This document shows, piece by piece, positions 25,423-38,804 of a stretch of 64,000 bases of DNA (position 1 is the stretch's first letter; every line of letters starts with the position of its first letter). The translations under genes were made by a program, and so were the position numbers. Origin of the DNA: Geosiphon pyriformis uo1. Its lineage: Eukaryota; Fungi; Glomeromycota. Where the stretch lies: positions 434,001-498,000 of the forward strand of contig JAAOMT010000762.1 of assembly GCA_016748015.1 (NCBI GenBank). Direction: 5' to 3'. The notes under the pieces were generated by a model. It was not told the origin of the DNA. It saw only the letters and a program-made list of their open reading frames with translations, and did not search any database.

Positions 25423-27841
25423 ATGATAACGAGAATTGTTTAAATGCATTTCTTATTTTATTGGTCTCGTTATCGTTTTCGTGTAACTATCAATAACCCT
25501 GTGACTGTTACAGCTAAGCTTTCTCATTGGATTTTGATATTTGTTCCTTATTTTAGCTAGCTAAGAGAATGATCAATTTGAATAGGGTTTATCGTCAACT
25601 TTGCCCTGTTCAAAAAAGATTCACATCTTTTCAAGTTTTGAAATTTTTATTTTTCCCATTTTTCCAATCTAAATTTACAAGTCAAAAGATGATTCCGAAG
25701 AATAGAATAAAAGTTTTGGAGCGTAAGTTTCATACTAACACAACCGAAGACTTGATAAAAGATTTCCAGAAAAGAATGTTGGATAAAGATTTGGCGCAGC
25801 TTTTCGAAAATTGTTTCTCTGATACGCTTGGTAAGTGGTCTCAAGCTGTAAAGCTTGAAAACTAAATTCTTTAGCTTTTAAATTATTGCAAAAATATCAG
25901 AGAATTTAAATATATATTCAATTGCAGACAAGGCAATTATATGGTACAATGAGTCAGCGGATCATCCAAAAACTTACGTTATCCCTGGAAATTCCAAGTG
26001 AGCCTTCTTTACCTTCCTGAAAATGTTTCTCATTTTTTTCAATTTATATACAAATTTTTTACCATCTGGATGTCGTATTTCTCAATATTTAATTTGCAAA
26101 ATTTTCCTAATTTCTCACATAGAGCGATGTACATTCGAGATTCAACTATTCAGTTTTTACCGTATGTAGAATACGCTTCTAAAGACGACAGATTGAAAAA
26201 TTTGATTCTCGGAGTCATTCTTTTACAAGCCGAATATCTTTCAAAAGTATTAAACTAACCATTTTTTCCATTTCTAAATATATGATTTTAATGAATACTT
26301 TTTCGATCATGTATTTTATTTCTCCTAAGGATATATATTCGAATGCATTTTATCCACCAGAGGAGGCAAATTTAACTTGGGTCAATAATCCATGGATCGA
26401 TAATCCATGGATCAATAATCCAGACTCGGTATTCCCACAGCCATCATCTTCTGTTTGGCAATCGAAATGGGGGGCAGATAACGTGGCAGCATTCATAAAG
26501 CTCACGTATCATTACTGGAAGTATACTAAGGATGAATCTTTTTTGGAGAACAAATCCTGGAGAGACGCGGTGGATTTGTCCTTGAAAACTTTTGAAAGAC
26601 AACGAAATGGAACTCTTGATGAACTTGATCACGAAGCTTATACATTTACCAGGGAGACAAGAAATGCTAGTGAATCTCTAATTTTAGATGGGAGAGGTAA
26701 TTTTTATCGAATTGTAGTTTATTCTATTTCGAACCTTCCCTAATCAGTCAAAATTTAACACAGGAGTTCCCGTCAGAAACATTGGTCAGTTCTCGAATCT
26801 ATTTTATTTTGAAACTAATCTTTTGATCATCAATTAAGAATCTATATCATAACAGGATTAGTAAAATCACAATTCAGACCATCGGATGATGCCGCCCAGT
26901 TTCCGTTTGTTGTAGCCACAAATGCAATGATCTATACAGAATTAATTCATCTTCAAGAACTTTTTGAAGGTCGCGATTCATTGAATGTTTACGAAAAGGC
27001 AGGTGACTTGGCAAACAAAATTCACCAAAGCATTTTGGATAATGCAGCCATTCAACATGAAAAATTTGGCGAGGTTTTAGCATATGAAATCGATGGATAT
27101 GGTTCTTATCACTTTATGGATGATGCCACCATCCCAAACCTCTTGAGTTTGCCCTATTTAGGATTTTTAGATTATAATGATAAATTATATCAGTCGACAC
27201 GATCATTAGTTCTAGGTCGTAATAACAAGTATTGGTTTAAATGCGGAAATTTAAGTGGTACTGGAAGTCCTCACTCTGGAATGGGGTATATTTGGCCCAT
27301 GTCTCTTAGTATGACTGTACGCATTTCTTTTTGGGTTGATGAAATTTTTTCAATTTTACAAAATTTCCTTACTCGGTTTTTGATAATTCAATCTTAGATT
27401 TTGACCTCCACAGATGACAAAGAAATTCTTCGGAATCTTGAGCTACTAAAGCTTATAGGCGCGAAAACCGGACTACTACCACAGGCAGTATCATGCAATG
27501 ATTTAAATCAGACAACTGAGGATTGGTTCACGTAAGTATTTTTCAAAGTTGAATTATTTCTATACATAAATCTTAATATTCTTTAACACGCTGAAATAAT
27601 TTGAAGTTCCTCCAACTCACTCTTCGCCGAGGCGATACTCAAACTTTCCAAAGAAAAATCGTACATTCTTTTTGGAAATCCTCCGCAGCCGCTTCCACCT
27701 CAGCCATTGCCAAACCCAACTATCCCTCAATCATCGAATATGTTAACGCATAATCTAATTCACCTCGTGGGTCTTCTGTTAATTAGTATATGTATTGGCT
27801 CAATTTATTTTGAGCTTGTAAAACGTTGGAAAAAGAGGTAA
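25423..27841 (+). CDS. GH125 (DUF1237; exo-alpha-1,6-mannosidase family) homolog 1 with signal peptide, Pro-rich linker and C-terminal TM; multi-exon
   Basis: DKDLAQLFENCFSDTL, AMYIRDS, FRPSDD, AYEIDGYG..MDDATIPNLLSLPYLGF, GSPH..IWPMS, WF.SNSLFAE. N-terminus MITRIVLNAFLILLVSLSF. The 5' exon boundaries are approximate. Confidence 0.9.
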
Positions 27842-28049
27842 ATGCTTGTATTTATAGATAAGTGTATGTTCTTTATTTTATAAGTAGATGGTATTTTTTG
27901 GGCATGGCATATCTTCACAATTTATTATATGATGTATATCATAATTTTTTTTTAAAATAAATTATTATGAAAAATTGATTCAAAGTATGTCAATAATAAT
28001 AATAATAATAATAATAATTATTATTATTATTATGTTTTAAAACTACCAA

Positions 28050-31000
28050 AACTCCTTTAAATAATAAATATTTTTGTTTATTATCATATTAATATTATCA
28101 ATTAAATATCTAATCAAAATATATTTCATAAATAAATTTGTAAAGTTAAAATAAAAATCACGAATGTAATAAATAAATATTGTTTAGTTTACAATTAATT
28201 ACATTTATATAATAATTAAGTTTTTGTATTAATTGTATTTATTAAAATATTATCTTTAAACCAAAACATAAATAACAAATTTATTATTTTTTATTTTTTA
28301 ATTTTAATGTATAGTTCAACTATTGTTTAATACAATAGATCAAGTTAAATGACTTAAATTAAATATAGTTTATATGTTTTTACATATAATTAAATATAAG
28401 TCCAATTTAAGTTAAATTATATTAAGTTTATAAAAAAAACCTATTCTAAAAAAACATTTTATACATAATTACAATTAAGATGCTATTGTTAATAATATTA
28501 TTATTCATTAATATAGCAGTTTTATGTGTTTAACTTAATACTAATTAATTAATATTTTTAGAGTGCTATTAATTAAGTATAAATATTCTTGTTTAAAATA
28601 GTATTAAAATTATTTATATGATTAATTTTAATTGATTTTCTGCTAATATTATTTAAAGATTTATTAAAAATAGATATTTTATTTTAAATTATAGCAATTA
28701 TATTTTTAAGTTTTTTATACAAAATAAAAAATTATTTAACAAAATATTAACTAAAGTAACCAACTTACTAATTAATCTAATAATAAACTTAATTAATAAA
28801 ACTAAAACACTCATCTTAAATTTCAAAAATATTAAATAAAAATTAACTAAAGAGTCAACAATAATAATAATAACAACAAAAAAACTAATAACAAAAAAAA
28901 TTAAAGAAGTAAAAGCTATAATATAAGATTTTATTTTAACAAAATATTACTTAAAAGTTTTAAGCAACAACTTAAAACAAAAATCTAAAAAATAATAATA
29001 ATAACACTTTATAATTTAAAGTTAAATAACCAAAATTTTAAATTTAAAATATTATAAACATTTAAAAGTTTTTTATTAAATATAATACTTTTTTAGAATA
29101 TCAATTCTAATAACAATAATATTTAAATTATCTTTAAAACTAAAAGTAACAATTACATATTAAAATTATTTAAAAAAATAAAAAATAAAACATATATAAT
29201 TACCAATCTAAAAAAAAAGCTTACTAATTTTAAAAACTAAATAACCAAGAGAAAAATTAATTAATTTAATTTTAAACATATTATAAAAAAAAATAGTTTT
29301 TCTTTAATTTATAAGAAAAAAATTTTAATATTGTTTTTGTTTATCAAAACTAATTAGCATACTAAAACAGTTATAGTTATATTAAAAAACTTTAAATAAA
29401 CAATAATATATTGTTAATTATTAACAAATTTCAATAAAACTTTAAAAATTTTATTATAAACACCAAAAATTGTTTTAATATTAATTATAAAAACATTTAA
29501 AACCATATTATACAAAGTAATAACAACAAAAAAAAGAAAAAACTCAAATATTATTATAAATTTAACTATTTTAAAAATAAAATAAAAACAGAATTAACAA
29601 GTTTAACTTAAAATATAGTATTTAAAAAAGCTTAAAAAGCAAATTTTACACAAAAAAGCTTTATATTATTCTTAAATACAAATTTAATATTAATAAATTT
29701 ATATATAAACTAAAATATAGTTTTAATAAAAGCCAATTTAATTTTAAAAAAAACACTAAATATTAGAATAATTGTCATTTATTTAGTAAATTTTTAATAA
29801 TTAAAAAAAAATGATTAATTTAATTTCTATTTAATCAATTTAATCTTTAAAATCAAGTATTCTAATAGATTAATTAGTTAAAAACATGTTTTAATTTGTT
29901 TTTAGAATTAATAAAAATTGATTAAAGATTAATATATTAATTTAAACCAAAATTAACCAATATATTTCTATTGTTATTATCTAAAACAAAAGAATTTTTT
30001 TTATTAATAATCATAACAAATTAAATATTATTATTAATACTGATAATATAAAATTAGTATTATAAATTAGAATAATAAGTTAATAGATAAATAATAATAA
30101 AAATAATTAAAATAAATTTAACTTTAAAGAATAAATTGAATTAGTCTAAATTCAATATATAAAATCAGTCTTATAAATATTTCAGTTACTATTTTTTCTA
30201 AAAAATAACAAAAAAATCTAAAGATAAGAAATAATTTATATTATCAACAAAAAATAACACATTAATATAATTTTATATCTTATATTAGTGTTCTTAAAAT
30301 TCAATATCAGATATTAATTGTACTTTTTAATAATATTATTTAATAATTTTCAAAATTAATAATTATAAGTAAATACTAACAAGTAATTTTTTATTATAAA
30401 GATATTTAAATAATTAAAGAAATTTGAAAAAAAAATAATCAAATTAAAAAAGATTAAATATTTAAAAATAATTTTTATTACTTTAATTTATATATTTTTT
30501 ATATATTAAAACATGTTTTCTAAAACTAAAAAATATATTACTTATATAGTTATTTAAAGTAATTAAAAATCAAATTATTAATTAAGTTAATAATTAGATC
30601 AATAATTAAGTCATTGATTAAATTAATAATCAGATTATTGATCAAATTATTAATTACTTTCTAAAAATAGAGTGGTCAATTATTTAATATTAATGACTAA
30701 TACATATAATATTTAATAAAAACTATGATATTTAATTATAATATTATTTTTTTCAAAAAAATTGAGCTTTGATAAAATTAAACTATCTATAAAGTATTTT
30801 AATTAAAAAGTTTTGTTTAACTTAAAATTAACTAGTTTATTAAAGTTTTTTGTTAATAAAATATACAAAATTTAAAGCAAAATAAACTTTGTATTTAAAA
30901 TAACCAAATTTTTATATAAAATTTTTGGCTTTTTTGGCAATAATTAAAATTCTTGGAATATTTAATTGTATAATATGCAAAATTTTTGTTTGTATTTCTA

Positions 31001-31170
31001 AAAATGTTTTTTTTTAAAGTTTTATGTCTTTTATAATTTTACTAAGATAATTATAGAGCTTTAATTGTCTATAAACAAGATTTTTTTTATCATTTTTTTA
31101 AGTATATTAAAGGGTAATAATATTGTTAATATTATATGTTTAAGCATATATTTATTTATTTTATAATTAA
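28050..31170. mobile_element. Extremely eroded retroelement debris
   Basis: Very AT-rich, essentially CpG-free, coding-like strand skew; contains an LTR at 30058-30711. Confidence 0.5.
30058..30711 (-). repeat. Eroded, probably solo LTR of element-B family
   Basis: Colinear with 3794-4462 from end to end (e.g. ctaaaaatagagtgg; gtgttcttaaaattcaatatcagatatta). Confidence 0.85.
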
Positions 31171-34100
31171 TATTATAAGTAAATTTAATAAAGTATAATT
31201 GTAATGTTTAGTACTTGTGATTTAATATTAAGAACAGATTAATTTTAGATGAATTAGTTTTGAAGATAAATTTAATTATTAGTTTTTGAAAGTTTTTCTG
31301 TTTGAAGTTTTACCTATTGAGTTTTTTTGTTATAAGACATAGAGATATTATCTTTTTAATTGTATTGTTATTATTGTGTTTTTTTCCAAATTAATCAAGC
31401 ACAGTTATTAGAATTCAGTATTGTTTTTTTATCTTTTTGATAAGCCAATAAGATAAAATTAATATTCAAACCTAAAAAAAATTTCTTTTTTTTACCAGAC
31501 TATTACAAAATTTATTTCCAAATAGTAAATTTCTAATATTATTACTCCACAAAAGAAAGAAAAAAAATAAAAAAAAAATAAACTAAAAAAAAATAAACAA
31601 AAAAAAAATAAATAAAAAATAAAAAAAATAAAAGAATTAATATCCTATCAATTACCATAATTAAAAATAATTGGTCCAAGTTGTTAAAGTTTTGAAAACA
31701 TTTATGCTAATTGTATCTGGCTTAAAACTAAAATAAGCAAAAACAATTAATTAGATCTTAATAATTAGAGTATTAAGATTATAGATTTGTGAATTCAAAC
31801 ACTAGTATTTTATTTAATAAATTGAAAATATGAAAACAAAAAAGAAGAAAAACGTTTTTAAAACTAAAAATAAGATAAAAATATTAAGTAATTCTTATAT
31901 CTTTTGTCTTTTTTTATCTATTAAACTATTTGTTTTTATACATATTTTTTAGTTTTACAAGATTGTTTTTAATTGTTTTTTATTACTAACTATTACTTAT
32001 TATTTTATTTATTGCTTCATTTTTTTATATTATAATTAGTTAGCTTATGTTTTTACTAGTTATTCTGTGCTATTTCATATTATTATGTATTATCTTGTAT
32101 TATTCTAAGTTATTTTGTATTATTTTGTATTATTTTATGTTATTTTGTGTTATTTTATATTATCTTATATTATCACATTTTTTTTATGTTATCACATAGT
32201 AATCACGTTTTTTCAATAATTTTAAATTGGTTTTTCTACTCGAATAATATTATTTCTCTTTTTTAAAATTAAGCTTCTGTAAAATTATTGTATCTTTAAA
32301 ATTTGTTTTTTTGGTTTACTATTCAATTATTGTGTTGAATATTGCTTTTTGTGGTTTTTTAAACTAGGAATTTGTTATTTATTTTATGTTGTAAACTATA
32401 ATAGACTTTATTGAATTATCTAATAGTATGATTAAATAGTATTTAAATGCTGAATATAATCAGTATATTGTTTTGTAATATAATATTAACTTGTTTCTTT
32501 TAACAAATTTTTCTACTTGTTTAAGAGCTTTTCTGTTGAATATTTGTTTGTTAATATTTAAATATGGTGTTTGTAAGTCTAATTTTTTACCAATTTTAAA
32601 AAACCAGTATATTAATAAAAGTTTTTTTTATATTTTGGAAGTTTTAGAGATCCATTTTTCTATATTTAATTCTATGGTTAATTTGTTCAAGACTTTTTTA
32701 ATTTTTTTAAATGTCTAAATAGATATATCTTTTTTTTAATTGTTCATAAAAATGAAAATATTCAATTTTAGTTAAATTATTGTTTACTTTTTTTTTGCTT
32801 GTATTTTTGTATTGTATTTTTTTTCTATTAATTATAATTTCTATTGGTATTGCTTTGGCATTTACAATTAAAATAGCTTAGACTTCTGGCCATTTTGTAA
32901 AATAATCTATAGCTACTGTAATATATTAATTTTTTTTAGTAATTAAAAAAGATCTAACCAAATTAATTTCAATTTTATTAAATAAATTTCTAACTGAAAT
33001 TAGTTAAAATAATTTTGTTATTCTGGTTTTTTTTTTGGCAGAAGTTACAATTAAAAATATATTTAAAAATATTTTTATATATTATTAGCCAATAATATAG
33101 ATTAATTGTTTTTCTAAAATAGAATTTTTATTAAAATGTTCTATTGTTAGATTAAAATACATGTTGAACAAGACAATTTTTCTTTTATTATATTTTATAA
33201 CTTATTATAGTATAATATGGTTTTAATATTCTTAGTAATATAATTAGTTATTGTGAATAAGATAATTTTAAACTTGTTTTTATATAGTACTTTATTCTTA
33301 TTAAGATTGTTTTTTTTCAAATTAAAGTGTTAATAGATATTAATATAATTATTGATAAGTAGTTATGTTTATTAACATAAGATTAAATTTGAATTATTTT
33401 CAATAAGCTATTGGTATTAGTGTTTTTAACTCTTTTTTTAAAATATATTTTGTATAAAAATTGCTGCAAGTAAGTATTCTATCTTGTATACTTTTTTTTA
33501 AGTTGTAATTTGCTAAGTAATCAAATAAGTTTTTTGTAATCAGTATATAAGTTAAATGGTTGATAAAAGTAATGTCTTTAATTTTGTACAGCTTAGTAAA
33601 TAACAAAATATTCTAAATTTGTAACATTGTATATTTTTTTAACTATATTAATGCTTCTATTAGTATAGACAATTAAATGTTTTTTATTATCTGGCCCAAT
33701 TTGAAATAGAACTATTTTAAGAGCATTTTTTAATTTTCTAAACTTTGTTTGAATTTAGCTTTATTTTATATTTTTTAATGATGTATTTTAGAAATTTAAG
33801 CTCAGTTTTTCTAAAAAAATATTTGTTGAGATTAAGTTTTAATCCAGTATTTTAAAAGTAATTGAAGATTTATTAAAGATAAAGTTAATAATTATCAAAT
33901 ATTTCTGAAAACACATTGGTGTTATCTAAGTAAATAACAATTAATTTTTATAGAATTCTCTTGTATATGATATTTATTAAGTATTGAAAAGTAGTAAAAG
34001 CATTACAATATCTAAAAAACATTATATTAAACTCAAAATTTTTATTTTAGGTAGTAAAAACAGTTTTTTTTTTGTCAATTAAATCTATTTCGACTTGTCA

Positions 34101-37100
34101 AAATTTACTGATTAATCTAATAATAAGAGCCATTTTTTGTTTTCCAAATTATTTAGAATTTCTTGGATCAGAAAAGTTAAATAATTGTTTTCTTAAATAA
34201 TACTATTGAGTTTTTGGTAATCAATACAAAAATAAATTTTTTCATTTTTTTTATAACCAAAATGACAGATAAAGATCATAGACTTAATAATTTTTTTATT
34301 AAATTATTGTCTAAAATTTACTGTACTTTCTGTTTAATTAAATTCTTTTTATTTAAGATAACTTAATAGACTTGTTGTTTAATAGATTAGTATTTTTAGT
34401 ATTAATTTTATGCTTTATAATATTAATACATCTGAATTTGTTTTTACTGGCAAAAATATTAACATATTGATTTAAAAAAACTTTGAATTATATTTGCTAA
34501 AAAGTACTTAAATTTCTCAAGTTGAGTTTATTAATTTTTTTGGTAGTAAATAAGTAGCTTTTTTAGCATGTTTTATACTTGAAATGTAATATTATAGAAC
34601 AAAAACAGTTGTGCAAAATCAGAGATAAATTGTGGTTTTTTAAAATTTTAAATATTTATGATAATAAAACCAATAAAAATTTTTTTAAAAATTTTAATAA
34701 TATTCTTTATAAAGTTATAGATAGAAATTTTGAAATGTTTATAAACTTTAACAAATATATAAAAATTTGTAATATCTATTATATAACAAATTTTTGAAGC
34801 AGTTTTAAATAATAAAGCTTGATCTTAAATACTTTATTCTATTTTTATTATGTATTGTTAATATAGTAAAATTGAAATTACTGTGTTAATATAGATGAGT
34901 TTTACTTTATTACTAATATCTTTTATAAAATTGACTTGTATATTTTTTTTTTACTAGACCCAAATTCTTAAATTTTTTAAACAATAAGATCTAATTTTTT
35001 TTGTATTGCTATTAAAATTAGTTGGAATATTTTTACAAAAGGTAAAAAAATAGTTTGTATAATTTTTTTTAAGACTTGATTATATAAGACTTATTAGAAT
35101 TATTTTGAAGTATTACAATTATATTCTTAATATATTTAACATTGATTATTTTTTTTTTAATATTAATTTTTTGTTTGTAAAACTAAACCAAGATGTAATT
35201 TAAACTATAATACTAATAAAATTTTTTAAAGCTAATTTAAGATCTATTTTTATAAAAAAATAAGATATTATAATTATAGAGAATTGTTTAAAATACTTTA
35301 AATTAAATTCAGTATTATATGTATATGCTTTTTCAGAACATATTTTTTTATTGTTGTTATTATATTATTTTAATTCTAATTTTTTGGAAAGATTAAATAA
35401 ATAAGATATTGTTTTATTTTAGTAATTATATCTAACTCTTAAAATATTATGTCTTTTGTTGTTAATATGTATTTTTTTTGATTTTTTGAGTTTAAAAATA
35501 AAGTAAAGTGTTTGTAGAAACAAACTAAACAAGAAATCACATTTATTACAATATTAAAAGTAATAGAAAATTAAATAATAATTGCATAATTTGGTGTTAA
35601 AATTAGTTAGTTTTGGTTTTTGTTCTTCTTAAGTAAAAACAAACTTTTAATAACATTTTTAAAATGCTTTAAAACTATTAATAAACAGATTATTTATTTT
35701 TTAATTATTACTAAGATATTTTTAATGATATGTATTTTTACAACAATGGCTTTTTCTTATTTTACTATAGTTATTTTCCAAATTTTATCTTTGTAATAAA
35801 AATACAAGTCTAGTTAGTTGATTGCTTAACTATAGACAACAATAAAAAAAGTTTTTTTATGGATTCAGTTATTAATAAGAATAATATATTAGCAAAATTT
35901 GTTACATATTTTTTTTCTATTAAGAATATTATTCCATAATTTTTCATTTGGTAGAATTTTATTATATATAAAATACAGTGTATTATCTTATTTGTTTTAT
36001 TATTTTAATTGTTTAAATTGTTTTTATATATAAAAGCAGTAATAGTATTTGGTAGTAATTGGTTATATTTTATTATATTTTATATATGTATTTATTGAAA
36101 ATAATTTTTTTTTACAATCTATATAAACCAATTTTAAAGAATAATAAGATTAATTTCTTTAATTCAGAAGTATATAAATAGAGATTAATACTTATAACTT
36201 TTTTTCTGCTTTTTTTTAAGTAAATAATTATAATAATTTTATGTTAAGATTATTAGCCCAAAAGATTCAAAATTGGTTGAATTATATGTTTTTTAAATTC
36301 AATAAAAAACTGTTTGATAATAGTTGTTTTAAAGTGTTTACAAATAACAGAAACTTAAGTATATTGGTTATTAAATAAAATATGAAACTTTTAAGTATTT
36401 TAGTCAAAAATAACATAAGTTTTAATTAACCAGTTATTTTTAACTAGAATTTAGTATTGAGTTGTTTCTATTATCAAAACTTTAATAAGAATTATAATTT
36501 TATTAATGTTGAAAAAAAAGTTATTAAGTGGGGCATTGAACTCAACAACCATTACAAATTTTTTCAATTAGTGTTTTGGTGTTTTGTTGGCTGCAATAAT
36601 CCTAATAGTAACAACTTAATTAACTTAATAATCTAATTGCTTTATAAATTGTTTCATAATTATGTTGTTTACTAATTTATTGTTAAATATTAATTTAATA
36701 CTTATTTGTCCTATTTTAATATTAATATATATTACTATAATTAATTTGTTTTGGTTAATAGCAGTCTTACTAAAAGAATTAAAGATGTTCAAGCTGTCAA
36801 TATTAAATAAAAATATGACTACAAGTGTTTTGTTAGCCATAATTGCTTTTTCGGTTTTTATAATCTATGTATACCCATTTTTTTTTTATCAAAGAATTTT
36901 TTTAATCTAGTAATATTTCTATAAGCTATAACTAAAATAATAATAAGTTGTTTATTTGTTAATAAAAAGAATATTAAAAAAGATATGTTAAGTTGTTTTG
37001 TCAAACTTAAGATTAGTTGTTAATTACTATAATAGATTAAAATAATAATGTTTCTCCTAAAAGAGTAGTTATTAATTTGGCTAATGGTTTTAATGTTTGT

Positions 37101-38804
37101 TGTTTTTAAGAAAAAGTATTTTGAAAAAGAGTATTTATTGCTGAAATAAGATTTTCAAACAGTGTTCCATATTTTCTTAATGATTTAGTCCAGAAATTTT
37201 TGTTAAAGTTCTAAGAATAAAAATTTCCAGAAGTTTTTGAAGTTTTTGATTGTAAACTGTTTGGCTAATTTAATAAAATTCTGTTTTTTAAAGTTTGATA
37301 ATAGAATAATATTGATAATAAAAGAAATTTTGACTTTTTGTTTGTTATAGATTGAAATTTTTTTTGTATAAATTGTTATTAGATGTTATTTTTTGTATTT
37401 AACTTAAATTCTTTAGAAGAAGCTTTTGTGTTGTGATTTTTCTTAAACTGTAAATAATAATTTTGTATATATACCTTAATTTTCTTGTTAATAAAAAAAA
37501 AGGTTTTCATAATTGCCTTCTTGGTGGTTGAAATTAAATACAATAGCAAGTTTTAATGAATTTATTCTTTGAGTTTTTCAGTATTTGCTGTTTTGCTTAA
37601 ATAATAGTTAATTTTGACATATATATAGTAGAAAAAATCACTTTTGGTTGCAAATATTTTTTCTGAGATTCCTAAATCTTCTTAAAAATATTAGTATAAT
37701 GTTCTTCTAAAAAACTAATAATCTTTTCTGATCATTCTAATAATTACCACTTTGTGAGTTTTTTGGATGCTTTGTTTCTGTAGATTTTATAATTTCATAA
37801 GAAGTACTGAATATTATAAATAAACTTGGTAAAAAAAATTATAATTTTTGGTGCTTATAATTTAATATTAAAAGTTGATTGAGCATAAATGTGGAAGATT
37901 TTCTAATTATATTAGTTATTAGTTTTTGAAGACTTTTTTGTTTGAAGTTATACTCACTGAATTTTTTTCTTATAAGACACAAAGTTCTGGTTTCTTTGAT
38001 TGTACTGTTGTAATAGTATTTCTCTTTGAGCTAATTAACACAATTATTAGAGTCTGGTATTGTTTTTTTGCCTTTCTAATAAACTAGCAAAATAAAGTTA
38101 ATATTTAAATCTAGAAAGAGCTTTTTTCTTTTATTAGGCTATTACAAAGTTTATTTCCAAACAGTCAATTTCCAATGTTGTTACTCCTCAGGAGAAAAGA
38201 GAAAATTAAGATAAAAGAAAAGAAAAGAAACAAAAAGAAAATAAAAAAAATAAAAAAAAAGAGAAGAGAAATTAGTATCATCAATTACTATGATTAAGAG
38301 CAATTGGTCCAAGTTATTAGGGTTCTAATGCTGTTTATGCTAATAGCATCTGGCTTAAAGCAAAGATAACAGAGGCAATTAATTTGATTTTAACAAGCAT
38401 AATATTGGGATCATATACAGGTAATTTAAAATAAGATTTTATTGAATTGGTTTACAAATATATGTATGATAAAGTTGATTTTAGGCTAAGGTTAAGATAT
38501 TTAAGAAAGAAATGATTCTTGTTTTTTTTTCACTTGCTGTCTTTTTTTTCTGTTAAAACTACTTGTTTTTATACATGTTCTCTAGTTTTACAAGATTGCT
38601 TTCAATTACTTTTTATTACTAGCTATCACTTGTTTTTTCCATTATTGCTTTATTCTTTTACGCTATAACTAGTTATCTTATGTTATGACTAGTTATTCTG
38701 TACTATTTCACATTATTGTTGCATCATCCTGAGTTATTTCGTGTTATTCTGCGTTATCACGTTTTTTTCAATAGTTTTGGATTGGTTTTTCTACTTGGGT
38801 AACA
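31171..38804 (-). mobile_element. Two-LTR Ty3/Gypsy element C, decayed, with an internal deletion in integrase
   Basis: LTRs at 37812-38804 (5', starts TGTTAC on minus) and 31171-32249 (3'). PPT at ~32250-32264. RT relics FEFNIMFFRYCNA (FNVMPFGLCNA) at ~34000-34038 and IVIYLDN (YLDD) at ~33920-33942. Integrase VAIDYFTKWPE at ~32885-32917. Confidence 0.92.

Noticed and set aside
32491-36910. Short I/L/F/K/N-rich ORFs resembling membrane or organellar proteins
   Set aside because: Chance frames within the AT-eroded Gypsy element C; not mitochondrial or endosymbiont genes.
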